Positions 1-14,989 of a stretch of DNA of 64,000 nucleotides are shown here, piece by piece. Location: the NCBI RefSeq assembly GCF_009914755.1, contig NC_060931.1. One strand, 5' to 3'. The stretch is from the human T2T-CHM13v2.0 reference genome, Homo sapiens. The first letter of the stretch is position 1, and each line of letters opens with the position of its first letter. The notes beneath the pieces are model-generated. The model saw only the letters and a program-made list of their open reading frames with translations. It did no database searches and was not told where the DNA came from. A program made the position numbers and the translations under genes.

Positions 1-203
<203 letters not shown>

Positions 204-470
204 TAGTAATTTTCTAGAGTTTTAGAGGAGGTAGTGTTTATTATTATAAATATTTGCTGAGAACTTTCTGAGCAAAGGGTACTATTTATTCTATATAAAT
301 ATGTACTGAGCATCTGCTAGTTATTTAACAGACTTCTAGGCACAAAGGATCCAATGGAAAAAATAAGAATATTCATATTTAACAGCTTCTTTGTGCTCTA
401 GGCATTGATTATTCTCTGCATTGATAGAATTTACACTTGCAGCTTTCACCAAAGAAAATGTTCCACAGTT

Positions 471-677
<207 letters not shown>

Positions 678-881
678 ATGCTATAATTTTACAAAACCTG
701 CTCTCCATGTATCCCTCTCTACTCTCCTTAAGATGAACACTGGGTCTGGGGTGCAGGGGTGCCACAGCTGGAGTTGAAGAGGAAGTTAGGAGAAGGCTAG
801 GAACCATCACGGAGATTTTTCACCCTGGTTCCTTCATTATTACTTGTTGGGGATCAGTGAAGATTAGAAATTGATGATGGC

Positions 882-1536
<655 letters not shown>

Positions 1537-4154
1537 CTAAAGTTATGTGTCCACCTCTAGAGCAGCCACCTGGCCTGGGGACGAAGCAGTATGAGCCCAC
1601 ATTCTGAGTTGTAAAACCCCACAATTAGGAAATAGACTTAAAGTGCTCCCATCACATTAGGATGCAATGTGCATTTTTGTTTGTAGAAGCTTGTTCTCCA
1701 TTTCTTCTTATTTGGGCAAAATAAGCTCAGTTTGACTAACTCTGCCATCTCTAACCCAGACCCCACCATGCTCTGACACTTTGACAAGCACACTGGATGG
1801 GCAAAAGAGTCAACTACCGAAGGAAGACAATTTTCGTTTGGTCTAAAACTTTATACCTGTGATATTCTGTGCCATGGAGAGACTCGTGCTTAATAATTCA
1901 CTTTCCAATGATCTTAGGCAATGTAGAAGATTACAAATACTGTGAGACCTGAACTCCTCCTTCAGGGAACTTAACAGTTTTCAGTGGCGGGGGAAATAAG
2001 AGTAGATTCCTGAAACCATAGCAGCATCCGATAGAACAGAACATTTCCTCGACTCTAGCAAATCTCTTAATTCCAGGTGTACTCGGGAAGATAGTAGCAT
2101 TTATTGGGTATATACTATGAAGAGAGAAGTGTCATATCCTGAGAGGGGGTTTATAGGCAGTAAACATTGTAGTCTTTGCCTTCAAGGTGTTTGAAACATA
2201 AAACATGCTCACATTAGCTAAATATGCCTGCTTCAATGCCTGTACTTATATCACACAACCGACGTTATCAACCTGGTTTCAAACGCCATGAGCAAAAATC
2301 AAATCAGGTAATGTGTGTGAAAGTTCATTATGACTGTACCACCATACAAACCGAGATGGTATTACTCCAGTCAGACCTTCTGTTTTATAGTGTGTTCCAG
2401 AAGCTGGCCTGGTTGCAGAAGAGAGTGAGCTCATTAGCCCTGTTCAAAAAAAAAAATAAATGGAATAATAAAGAAACTTCAAAACCAAATGAAATACCAT
2501 TCCATGCACATCTTGGAAAAGTTTATAACGTATTTAAACATGAAGAGCTATTGTAAGCTTGACAATAAAACTGTGAGGATATTGTTCATTTCCGAGATTC
2601 ACTTTTCCAAGATAGCTCTATCGTGAAAGTCTCTTTTGGAGTTTATGTATAGTTCTTTAAATTGGCACAGTTGGCTTAAAGCTAAAACACTGTAGTTTGC
2701 ATTAAAAAAGAAAAAAAAAAAGCAAGTGCTTTTGCACAAAAGGCTGTAAGAAATGAGGGCTGCATATGAAGCGAGTGTTCCGTTGACTGTGTGAGTGTGA
2801 GATCCTTTTGGCTTTAGTCATTTATTTGGGGCAAGCTCCGACCTTGATGACAGATGATTTCGTCAAGCTCTCCACAAAAGGTACATGTCTATTTTCATCG
2901 TCAACTAACTTCTGTGGAGCACTTGCTGCTTTTGGTCCCCTAACCATGAGGTTTTATTGACCCATTTGCCATCTCTGGGGTAAGTGGATGGAATCATCTT
3001 TCTTGAGAGGAGAACTCCAGGAATAATATTACACTTGTCTCTGAGCCATTTGAGCTTGCTATTTTTACAGATTTCAGCCTTAGTTCCTTTTCCTCTTCCT
3101 CTGTCACCCTCAGAACACTGGGACAAGGGGGAGCCATGCTGTTTCATAAACTTCCCATAGAGGTTCTGAGTCTCCTTTTTAGCTGATTCCCATGAGTTTG
3201 TAATATTTTGATCTGAGCTGGTTGCAGTTTGAAATAAATAAAAGCAATCTGATTTCATTCTAGCCAACATCTGATGGGTTTGATATGGATGAAAGCTAAT
3301 GAGAGGTACAAGTGAGACAGTACAGGTGAAAACTACAAAATCTCTCTTGTAAAATACACATATACGCAGACCCATATTTTCCAATGACACTTAAAAGGAG
3401 TGATACCAAGAGGAAACACTGAGTCCCATGAAACATTTCTTCAATCAGGACAGAACCATGAGCAGAGGACATAGTGGGTGGGGTTCGTGGAAAAATAGAA
3501 TATATATCTAATTTTCTGTTTGATGATGGTCTACGGATTGATTTAATTATGATTACTACAGTAACTTGCCTAGTACTTCCTGTTCACGGTTGCCTTTTAC
3601 ATGCACAGCAGGTTGCTTGGGGAGCTGATGTCTGCTCCTAGCCTTTCTGCTCCGGTACCCTTTGTTCTGTTCCATTATGTTTCAGATAATTTAATCAAAG
3701 TTGTGTTTGCTTGTGCGCTCCCCCCTTTGAATCATTCTCACTGCACTTCTGCCCCTTCCATGCAGATGCAGGCTGATGCCGGATGGGTCTCCACTGGCCT
3801 CTTCTCTGGACTTCTCTGGGGCCCGTATCAGAACCCAAAACCTAGCCTCAGCTTGACTTCTTCCTCTTACCACGGGGTGACCCCGGTGTGATCTCCCCTC
3901 CCAGGTTCCATCCAGCATGACCGCCGGGTCTCCCTCTGCCCTACTTGATTGCACTCACCTTTTGTTACCAGTCCAGGCAGCAGGCTCCATGTCTGGGTTG
4001 GGGGTGTTTCCTGGCCTGACGGGGCACCTTGTTCGTTTCACCCAGGCAGGAAATCACGTCTTGTTTCAACATCCTGAATCTTGTCCTGACGTGGAAACCG
4101 TGATGCTAGCTGACCTGACCTGCAGCCTCAGGCATCCCTCGGCCCTTTCATGGC

Positions 4155-4640
4155 CTGGTGTTTATGTGGTCCGTCCTCACAAACTCTTAGGATGGGATTT
4201 ATTGTCTCCATTTTCTTTTCTTTCTTTCTTTCTTCTTTCCTTTTGTTATTTTTTTTTTTTTTTTGAGTCTTGCTCTGTTGCCCCTGGATGGAGTGCAATG
4301 GCACCATCTTGGCTCACTGCAACCTCTGCCTCCTGGGTTGAAGCGGTTCTCCTGCCTCACTCAGCCTCCCGAGTAGCTGGGACTACAGATGTGTACCACC
4401 ATGCTTGGCTAATTTTTTTATATTTTTAGTAGAGACAAGGTTTTACCATATTAGCCAGGCTGGTCTCGAATTCCTGACCTCAAGTGATTCTCCCACCTTG
4501 GCCTCCCAAAATGCTGGGATTACAGATATGAGCCACCGTGCCTGGCCTACAGTCTCCATTTTCTATAGGAAATGAAAGCTTAGTGAGAGAAGGTGCCCAG
4601 ACCCCCAATGGCTGCGAATCGGCAGAGTTGGGCCCCAGTG
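4155..4640 (-). mobile_element. MIR relic interrupted by an Alu
   Basis: CCTCACAAACTCTTAGGATGGG..CTCCATTTT|..AAGGTGCCCAG..GGCAGAGTTGGG resembles antisense MIR core on both sides of the Alu. Confidence 0.5.
4217..4547 (-). mobile_element. AluS
   Basis: Antisense Alu with TC-rich tail; TSD GTCTCCATTTTCT (4204-4216 / 4552-4564). Confidence 0.95.
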
Positions 4641-6199
4641 GGTCTCCTCACTCCATCCCCCTTGTACCACCCAGTGTCTCACCAGCCATTCTGCTCAGAT
4701 GGGATGTAGGGCCTATATAGCAAATAGAAGTTTTCTGGGAACCCCTTAATGACAAAAAATACTTGCTTTCCAGAGTATTCATGGCAGGCCTTGATAATCT
4801 TGAGCCTCAAGTGCCCACAATTCCTTCTGGGACTGACTTTAAACCTTTATTTCAAATACAAGCTGGGTCTTCATTATTCTTTGTTGCAATGGATCTCTTT
4901 ACACGTTACCCTCAGAACCACAAATTAGCAAGAGTCTAGCTGGAATCTCTCCTGTGATGGAAATTTCATTCCCTAAGAAATAGAGCAACCTTTCTTAATT
5001 AGGCATTTACTCTAATGATTCAGAAAGTTGGTTCTTTATTTTTGCTTTATTTTCATTAGAAACTAAAGATTTGGATGGTGTTTTCATAATCTATTGAGAA
5101 CTGCACCAAGACTGTCAGTATTCAATACATATGATTAATAATCAGAGGGAAGACACTTATATTTTCTGTCATACACACATACCTAAATGTTTAGGCCAAG
5201 GGCACATTTTTAATTGATTCAAATAGCAAATATAAATTGTGCCTCTCTGTTACCTGAATGTCTTACTTTTTTGGAGGTTTTGTTGTCAGGAACTGCCATA
5301 TAAGAGGCATGCATCATTTTAATTGAATCTTAAACCTGACACTTTTATTGACCAAAAAAAAGGATTTCAAGTTATTTTTCATGCATAAAGCCTGCATGAA
5401 GCCTGTACTTCTTTAGTGAAGGCTATCTCAGATATGTATGACCTTACCTCCTTGCCTTTAGGAAAAATTAAACCTCACTGTCTGAGATCCTTGAGATTTG
5501 GCAAATGTTGATCAATTAACTCTTCAAAGACTTATGATGAAATAACTGTAGGCAATAAAACATACTGAAATATGTCCAAATGACCAGCACAGCAAAATAT
5601 GCATGACCCTGTGCCTAAGGTCTGTGGCATACAAGCCTTGGGTTCTGTTTATGGGGATGTCACCTTCTATGACTCAGGTCCCTGTCTAGAAACATGATAT
5701 GGCCACGTCTTGGTGGTTCCTTATTTATGCGGTCGAGTCTTTTGTATTCTTAAGTCATCTCTGGAGGATAAAAGTCAGAGCTCAAAGTCTATATATACTG
5801 TCACAAAACAAGGATGCAGATATAATGATGATAAAATTGAACCTATGATTTAAGAAATGCGATATGAATATGATATGACAACTCTACCTGCCACCAGTGG
5901 ACTAATTTCCCTTGTTGCCAGGGGAGACCTCATCCTCATCCTAATTTACACAGTGTTGTATGTTTGTCAAGAATGCATAATTCTGCCAGTCTGTTGTATT
6001 TCTAATTTTAGCCTGTATACATAGAAACACTTTAAAACATTTGCAGGCTACTGCAATCATCGTCATACAATCTGTATAGTTGTTACATAGAAATAATATC
6101 AGTTGGTTTCCCCATAATAATTTTTTCTAGAGAGCTAGCTGTTCAATGCTAATTCATATCCTTTCTTAAGGTATATGGCAAGTAAAATGGATTTCCTCG

Positions 6200-6239
6200 G
6201 GGCCTGGAAGGAATTCCTGTTCAATGATTGGAACATTTA
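6200..6239 (+). repeat. 40-bp direct doublet, copy 1 (partner 7754-7793)
   Basis: GGGCCTGGAAGGAATTCCTGTTCAATGATTGGAACATTTA, 36/40 identical to partner. Confidence 0.85.
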
Positions 6240-6658
6240 AAAGATTTCCTCTTGATTTCCTACAAGGAAGGAATAGGAAAGGGAGGTGATTGGTCTTGTT
6301 AGCCTGGAAATAGTATTCACTGGGTCGCTAGAGGGTGGGCAGAGAGGGACGCAAAAAGGCGTGTGTCAGAGTTCCTGTCTCCGGGGAGGTCACAGGATCG
6401 TTAGACAGATAAGAGAGACGCCTGTGTCTAGGTGTCTTTGGTTCAGTCCTAATGTTCTGCTTGGTGTCTGGTTCCCACAGGTCATTTGGGGGGTCTGAAT
6501 GGTGATGGATACCTCTCAGAGAAAAAAAAGATTTAGGCTTCCAGGCAAAGTGGAGAATGAAGAGTAAAGACTTGGAATGATGGGTGGCAGGATAAAATAG
6601 AAGAATCATTAGTTATTAGAATTATTAGGGTAAAAAGCCGTGTTAAGTGCTTTGTAGG

Positions 6659-6792
6659 TAGGAGGACCGTATATCCCAATTTGCTTAGGCCAGTCCTGGT
6701 TTATGGCAATTGCCCTGACTTGAGTTTTAGTAACATTCCCTTTTATTCTCAATAGCGTCCCAGTTTGGGCAATAAGTCATATGGTCAACATA
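6659..6792 (+). mobile_element. MER94-like hAT-Blackjack MITE
   Basis: 134 bp bounded by degenerate TAGGGTGACCATAT / ATATGGTCACCCTA TIRs; internal CCCTTTTATTCTCAA..GTCCCAGTTTGG. Confidence 0.7.
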
Positions 6793-7753
6793 TATATTGA
6801 TGAAGAATTAGGATCTTAATATAGGAACAGATTGCGAGTGAAGATAAAGGTAAAATCAATTTTGAAGTCCCCTTATACTACACCGTAATTTGATATCTAT
6901 ATCAATCTCTAATTTTACTTGAGGAGTAGTGTTGACCTCATGTCTTAGAAGAAAAAAATGAAGGTAAAAAAATAATAAAATTTTGCTTAGGCCGTTGTGA
7001 AATTTCCTTTCAAAGACGGAACTAGAATTTAGAACTCAAAAACCTCATTTCCTATACTAACCCCCACCCTACATTGCCGGGGAAAATGGAAAAAGCAAAA
7101 GAAATAATGGGATATAAAAATGTATGGGACACATTCTTTCCTCTATTATGAGCTTGTCTCTTAATTACCACCATTTATACTGGACATGTGATTTGGGTTT
7201 CCAGAATAGTAAAAACACAGATATTATAAGCCCTGTGATCATTTGCAAAGAAATCTCATTTGCCCAGGCTATTACATTTCTGTTCTGCCTTCAGTGGAAA
7301 TACACATAGAATGGAATAGAAATATGCATTACTATGAGTAATTCCAGACACCTTAATGCTTTTAGCGGGAGTGCATTTGGAGTTTGTTTCCTGAGACCCC
7401 TCTGGTGGAGGTGGTTGTTATTCATGCTTGCTGGAACAGTCCTCCCCACGTCTGTGAGCTCAAGCAGGTCCTGGCCTCAGAACCACAGAACTCCAATAGC
7501 CAGAGACTAAAAGAAAAGGGAAAAATGGTTTGCTCGGATCCCTGGGTTGCTTGGCCCACACCCTGAGTGTAATATGTGATCAGGGTTAGAAAGCAAGTGG
7601 TGGGAGCAGGTCTTGCTTCTGTGGGCATGGCCTCCTAGAGAAATAGTCCAGCGCTGGAGGCACAGAGAGGGGAGGACAGGCATTCCAAGGCTCTTGAAGA
7701 ACTGAAATCTGGAATCGACATGAAGCTACATCCCGAAGCAGGGAAGTAACGAC

Positions 7754-7793
7754 GGGCCTGGAAGGGATTCCTGTTCAATTAGTGGAATATTTA
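7754..7793 (+). repeat. 40-bp direct doublet, copy 2
   Basis: GGGCCTGGAAGGGATTCCTGTTCAATTAGTGGAATATTTA. Confidence 0.85.
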
Positions 7794-8612
7794 CAGAAGT
7801 GTTGTTTTGAAGATGAATTTATGGATGATGTTCATGTAAAGTGAGATAGAATGAGGGGACAGACAGGGATAGGGAAGCAATTAATTTGCCATAGATGTGG
7901 GTCTGAAAATAATCTTTACTGGCTTGCCTGGTGTTGTCTAAAGTAGCAGGGGAAGCTTTGAGAATCCTATTGATTTCAGGTTACTATCCAGGAACTATAA
8001 AATATTAAAGCAGAAAGGAGACTTAGTGATCATTAAATTCATTCTGAAATGAGAAAAATCAAGCCCACAGAAATGGAGGGTTTACTTAATGGAGGGTGTA
8101 CATGGTATTAGGGGCAGGAACCAGGTCTAGAACACACCCACTGGCTCCTTGTCATTAACCCCGTTGCCCTGGAGAGAAGAGAAGCCGGTGGTCACACTTT
8201 GACAGACACAGTGTGGGTGATGCCAGAGCCAAAACCTTGGGAAGGGAACTGTGTGGCTTCATGGACATGACCAGATCCACAGTCATCCACTGGGTTACTG
8301 TCTTCCCAGTTCTCATCAGCCAGGGTTGTTTAGAAACATTGAAAAATGTTGCTAACTGTGGATAGCTCTGTAAGTAGGGTTTTCCATCTTTCTAACACTT
8401 ATTACATTTTTTTATTTCTGGAACAATTTTGAATGAGAAGTGGAAACCATGGTTTTAGCCCTACTTATCTCTTAAGGAAGAATAGATTGGAACAGTACAG
8501 GTGTTTTGCTTAAGTTTGTGGATTTACTTAAATATTCCCTATGAAAGCTCCGGTGTACACATTTATTTTATTCATGATTTCAACAAAGCTTTACTGTGCA
8601 CCACATACAGTC

Positions 8613-9690
8613 CAGCATGGTCCCATAGAGCTTTCAGCAATGGTGGAATTGTGTTGCATCCGCACTGGCCAGCGTTGCAGCCACTAGCCACATGTTGCTG
8701 TCGCAGTCTTAAAATGTGGCTGGTGATCAGGGACGATGAGCTTTTCTCATATATCTGTTGGCTGCATAAATGTCTTCTTTTGCGAAGTGTCTGTTCATAT
8801 CCGTCACCCACTTTTTGATTGGCTTATTTGTTATTAGAGAAATGCAAGTGAAAACCACAAGGAGATACTATCTCACGCCAGTTAGAATGGCGATCATTAA
8901 AAAGTCAGGACACAACAGATGCTGGAGAGGATGTGGAGAAATAGGAACGCTTTCACACTGTTGGGGGGAGTGTAAATTAGTTTAATCATGGAAGACAGTG
9001 TGGTGATTCCTCAAGGGCCTAGAACCAGAAATACCATTTGACCCAGCAATCCCATTACTGGGTATATACCCAAAGGATTATAAATCATTCTATAAGGACA
9101 CTTGCACACATATGTTTCTTGCAGCACTATTTACAATAACAAAGACTTGGAACCAACCCAAATGCCCATCAATGATAGACTGAATAAAGAAAATGTGGCA
9201 CATATACACCATGGAATACTATGCAGCCATAAAAAAGAATGAGTTCATGTCCTTTGCAGAGAAATGGATGAAGCTGGAAACCATCATTCTCAGCAAACTA
9301 ACACAGGAACAGAAAACCAAACACTGCATGTTCTCACTCACAAGCGGGAGTTGAACAATGAGAACACATGGACGACACAGGGAGGGGAACATCACACACT
9401 GGGGCCTGTCGGGCGGTGGAGGGGAAGGGGAGGGAGACCATTAGGACAAATACCTAATGCATGCAGGGCTTAAAACCTAGATGATGGGTTGATAGGTGCA
9501 GCAAACCACCATGGCACATGTATACCTATGTAACAAACCTGCACGTTGTGCACATGTATCCCAGAACTTAAAGTAAAAATTTTTAAACATGTGGCTGGTG
9601 ACTGAGAGATGCAATTCTTAACTGTAGTTAGTTCTAATTAATTGAAATTGAGATCACCACAGATGGCAGAGGCTTTCATGTCAGTTTCAG
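8613..9690 (+). mobile_element. MER3 (hAT-Charlie) MITE split by an L1 insertion
   Basis: GCCACTAGCCACATGT..AAATGTGGCTGGTGA before the L1, and GACTGAG..AT-rich tract..ATGGCAGAGGCT after it. Confidence 0.75.
8727..9585 (+). mobile_element. 5'-truncated L1PA (PA8-PA10-like) with inverted 5' segment (8727-~8832)
   Basis: ORF2 C-terminal peptide [40 protein letters not shown]; L1PA 3' UTR; 16-bp TSD AAAATGTGGCTGGTGA / AACATGTGGCTGGTGA. Confidence 0.95.
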
Positions 9691-11396
9691 ACTCTGGTAT
9701 TGGGTCGAGGGAGAAAAGAAAAAAGACAAGTCATGATCTCTGAGGACAAGGTATTCACAGCCGAGAGTGGCAGGGATGAGGAGAGACAGGTAAACAATTG
9801 TCACACTGGAGTGTGGCCAGTTATGTCACTGTGGGAATAAGGTCCTGTGAGAGCACGGAAAAGATGAGCGTGATATGATTCCTCTTTGGGGCGGGCAAGC
9901 ATCAGGGCAGTTTGACAAAGAGCAGATGTTCCTGTCTTTACGAACGGACTGAGACCGCTCCAGACATCTGAGATGAACATGAAGAGAAAGGAATTTTCAA
10001 CAATGGAGCAAACATACATTCTCAGCAGTGTAAAGAGCAGAGCGCCAGAGGCAACCGTGTACTTCTGGTGTACTTCTGCGTGCACGTTGGTGTACACACC
10101 CTCTGGGGAGGTGAACTAGCAGGCAGCTTGGCAAGAAGTCGCCTGCGGTGTTCTGCGTCTCAGCCCTTGTTCACCATAGTGCTCTGTGTGAAGTTGGACA
10201 AATGCATCTACCTTTCTGGACTTCAGTCTCCTCTCCACTCCCCGAAGGCAGGGCAGAGCAGCTGTATGACTCCTTCTCAGATCTGGGCTTAGTCCTTACA
10301 AGCTTCTGTTGCATTCTCCAGCTCCTGCAGTGGCCTTCCCTCAAGACAATGAGAAGCTTCTTGGCCTCCTCTTTAACACTGGGTGCTATTTAATGAGGGC
10401 ACCTCAAGATCCTCCCAGTTACCACGATTGCTGGTGGCAGTCATCTCCCCTCCGACAACAGTTTTGTGCTCTGAGTGCCTGTGCTGTTTCCACATTTTTT
10501 TCTCCCCCTCAGGTATTTTAGACCCCAAAGATACATGGGTACTCTAGGGATACTGTGTAAAGACTGGGTAGTATTTGGAACTGGCAGCCAGAGAGACGAC
10601 ATTGGCAATTCATTCATCTATCATTACCTCAATTGGCAGTGTTCTCAGTACGCAGGGACTGTCTCTGTGTGGCTTTTTGTGAGAGGGATGTAAGATTTAT
10701 TTTTCTCTATGACCTACCTGCTGGCATGGTACAAAAGGTCTCTGCCGAGGTCTGAGGGACCTCACTTGAGCTGCACTAATAGACGGGGGGATAACTGGTA
10801 GACCAGGAGAGTGTAGACAGGAAGAAAGAACTCACCTTTGTAAATGAGCCACTCAGGCTTTTGATTTTGTGGCCCTTGAATTCCCACTTCAGCTGATGGT
10901 CACACTCATCTGTGGGGAAGCTAATTTTACAAGAAATGGAACAGGAGGGGGTTGCTGTTGGATCAAGAAGATGCAGCTTTGGAAGGTATCCACGAGGGAA
11001 TAGCCATCAATTTGCCACGTGTGTGAGCTCTACCATCCCGCAGCACATGGGAGCGTGCTGTGCTGTGCCTGTGTGCTCTCAAGGTAGACGAGGTGTCACT
11101 ATATGGTCATCCACACAGCAGGTGTGGCCAAATATAGAGATCTCGTGAAAAACTAATAGCCTGCCAAAGAATACAGCCACTTTTTCAGGGTCGTAAAAAC
11201 ACTCTGTGACTTTCCCAAAATACAGTTACTATACATGCACTAGCAAATCCCAGGATGTTCTCTTCTTATGGTGCACATAGCTAAATACCCACCTGTGGAA
11301 TGTGGGTTTATTTGGGAAGAAGCTAATCCTATTAGGAGTTTCATATTCTCACCAATTTGGGTGATGGGGTCTGTGACCAAAGATCATAGAAAGTAA

Positions 11397-11752
<356 letters not shown>

Positions 11753-11915
11753 ATGGTTTTCAAACTTTAATGTGCATGGAAATTACTGGAAGTGTTTGTT
11801 AAAGTACAGATGCTGCTTCAGCTGGTTGGGCATAGGTCCTGAGATCCCGCGTCTCTCACGGGCTCCCAGGCCATGCAGTTGATGTTGGTCCATGGATGAC
11901 CCTCTGGGTAGCAAC
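11753..11915. mobile_element. MER5-type hAT MITE
   Basis: TGGTTTTCAAACTTTAATGTGCAT..GTTAAAGTACAGAT..CTCCCAGG..TGGTCCATGG. Confidence 0.65.
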
Positions 11916-13995
11916 GTTTGGGGTCTTTGTGTGTCCACACATGGTGTGTCTGTCCATTAGGAGGAAAGTGCCAGCGCATTTGCCAAAGCGTTTAGATAGG
12001 AGCCTGTTAGAGTTTGAAGTTCCAGGACCAAGGAAATCTGGTAAATAAAGGACAGTTGTTTGTTCATGGATCTAGGTTTATAAAGTGTGTATACATTTTG
12101 AGATTCTGTCTCCCCCCTCCAACCTTAAAATTAGCAAAATGTAGTCTTTCTTTGTCGAGCTCTAGGAATAATTTTTCTGCGTCAGATGCATTTTTGGGAA
12201 GGTGCGTTTGGCCATTTCCCACTCACCGTGCCCGCCCAGTATCCCTGCAGTACTTTGGAAGCACCATAATTGGGAAAGAGTAGAAAGTTCTTGCCTTGGA
12301 AATGAGATTCTTATCTGGGTCTTGGGCACTGGAGGATCTCAGGCGCGGGAGGCTCGCGATGGGTCCGGGGAACAGCTGCTGTGTTCCTGTAGGAGGAAAT
12401 GCCTGTGATGGAGGCTTCTAAAGCCAGCTCCCGTCTCAGAGAAGACAGCTCTATGCCTCCACGTCGTGATAGCAAATGTTCCCTTTTGGCTGTTTTAATA
12501 GTTCTGCTTCAAGCGTATTTGTTTTTCCTTATTTCCTAGCATCTTTGAGAAAGATCTGTTCTATACTCTGTAGCCCAGTTTGGAGAGATATGACATGTTT
12601 GACTATGTGAGGAAATATACATATTTCTCAGGGCTTTTTTTTTTAAATTGAGTGTTATTGGACTTTGATGTTTGATTTCCAGGCAGTCTTTAATGTGAAA
12701 GGCAAACACATTCATTTTCTATCAGTTCCTGAAAATGTTCCCAATTTTAGAAGCTCTAGACTGGTCTTGCCAATATAGCAACATAGTGACAGTTACTCGT
12801 CTGTAATTCTGTACTTAAATCGTGAACTGCTAGCACTATCGATTAATGCTTTATACAGTTTCAAAGCTGTACTCCCAGGCTGCATTTAGATGGTTTAAAG
12901 CATTGATTTCTCTCTCTGACAACTCTTAAGTTATTGGCTGCCAAAAAAATGAGGAAAGGTTGGTTAATCTCCATGGCTCATATGTTGCTTGCTGTAGAGA
13001 ATATTGGTGAAGCATAGTTTTTCTTCATTGTAAGATGCACTAGGGATGTGAAGACTGTTTTGAATCATTGTGAAAACTGGAATCAGAAAAACAATCTCCT
13101 CATTCAATTCAAGAATTCGAGATCCAAAACAACATTCAGTTTGGTATTTGGCAGTTTAACCAATATCTGACTTTATGTAATTTTAATTATTGGGGTCAGC
13201 CATTGGTATTGCATTATAATTTGTAATGATTTATATCAGCCTTTTAAAAATGCTCACAGTCATGGACAAAACTGGAAAAAATGAGGAAGTAACCCAATCC
13301 AAATTACTTAATATCATCTGCTGTAATTAGAAATTAGATTTTAGTAGACTGTTTCCATAATACATTTCAGAATTATTTTTATAACTTAATAGTATAAATA
13401 CAAAATAATTTCAGCTTTGTTATTTTATTATGTGCTGTGCTAGTTTAAATTATTCCGGTTATAGGTGTATCATCAACACCTTATCTTCAGCAAGGATTTT
13501 AAATATGGGCTGACCAAATTTATGTGGAATTTGCATTTTGTTATTCGTTTAAAAACATACAGAAAATGGAAAAAAAAAAAAAAACCTTTGCAAAGATTCT
13601 CTTTTGAGTGCTAGCTTTTCCTGATCCCTAAGGATGCCGGCTGCTCTGCCAGGAATGTGCCCTTCATATTATATCTTCTAGAATGAATGTTTGGAAGGGA
13701 AAGCAGTAAGATGCAAAAGCAAGAAGGACAGATGATGTTCATACTCACAGTAATAGCTGTCTCCCCTCTTATCAGTTGTGATGCTGGAACAAACACCTCT
13801 TTCCTGACTGCAGGGTTTGGAGGTCCCCAAGTCCACCCTCACTTCTGCCATCAATGGCAAGCGGCACTGGCTGCGTGGAAAAGCCAAGATGCCTTTCACC
13901 ATACCATGTCTGGAGTCTAGTTGCTGCTCAATAAACCCTGGTGGCGATCACTCTCGAGATTCAGTAACATTATCCAGAATTTAAAAAAAATACAA

Positions 13996-14294
13996 GCCTG
14001 GGCACAGTGGCTCACGCCTGTAATCCCAGCACTTTGGGAGGCCGCGGTGGCAGATCACTTGAGGTCAGAAGTTCGAGATCAGTCTGGCTAACATAGTGAA
14101 ACCCCATCTCTACTAAAAATACAAAAAATAGCCAGGCATGGTGGCACGCACCTGTAGTCCCAGCTACTCAGGAGGCTGAGGTGGGCGAATCGCTTGAAGC
14201 TGGTAGGCAGAGGTTACAGTGAGCCAAGATTGTACCACTGCACTCAGACCTGAGCAACAGAGGAAGACTCTGTCTCAAAAGAAAAGGAACAGAA
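13996..14294 (+). mobile_element. AluS
   Basis: Full Alu; TSD AAAAAAAATACAA. Confidence 0.95.
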
Positions 14295-14682
14295 AAAAAA
14301 AATACAACAATGTGTGGTCCTTGTATTCAAGCCAAGCTTATTTCTGCCTCAAAGCATTGTGCCAAGTTTGTATGTTACTTCAGGTTTCATAAGCCAGCAG
14401 ATCCTCTTCCTGGGACTGAAATGATGATTTCAGTTTTTTCAATGCTTAAGCGTGGAAAACAGGCAGGTAATTTGTGACCCATAAGGGAGGGGTGAGAACC
14501 ACATGAAGATGAAGGTGGTGGAAAGGAGCAGCTGATGTCACGCACTGTCTACTTAACATTGCCACGTTAATGTTAATGCCGGTTATAGAAAGCAATGGGT
14601 AATTGCCATATTTTTGTTACGGCTTATTGCAGTGAATGCAGGATGCTTCTCACATCTCTTACACATCAAGTAAGAGTATTTC

Positions 14683-14684
<2 letters not shown>

Positions 14685-14714
<30 letters not shown>

Positions 14715-14715
14715 C
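14685..14715. repeat. (CAAAA)n microsatellite
   Basis: Direct reading. Confidence 0.9.
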
Positions 14716-14989
14716 TCTCAATGCCACATATACCTGAATTGTGAGTACTTATTTCACCTAACAAATACCTAACAAATATTGATATTTTGCCACTTATGGG
14801 TTGTATAAATGACCATTAATATGATTTGTCAGGCACAGTACACACAACTAACCTATAAACAATGTGCAGACGTAGGTCATAAACTGTGACACTCGAAATC
14901 CAAGTAGTGCCCCTGGTGGGAGATGTTTCACATGTTAATAAGCAATTACCGTAGTAGATTAAGAGTACAGAATCAATCCAAGAAGCCAA

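Noticed and set aside
2905-3390. 161-aa minus-strand ORF in non-repeat DNA
   Set aside because: Non-ATG start, no homology I recognise, no convincing splice context; expected by chance.
10490-10520. Polypyrimidine-CAG|GTATTT as a recursive site (similar at ~1235 and ~52933)
   Set aside because: The reconstituted donors are weak.
14757-14779. Short tandem duplications (also ~24478, ~41274, ~53307, ~61988)
   Set aside because: 7-12-bp slippage duplications are ubiquitous.
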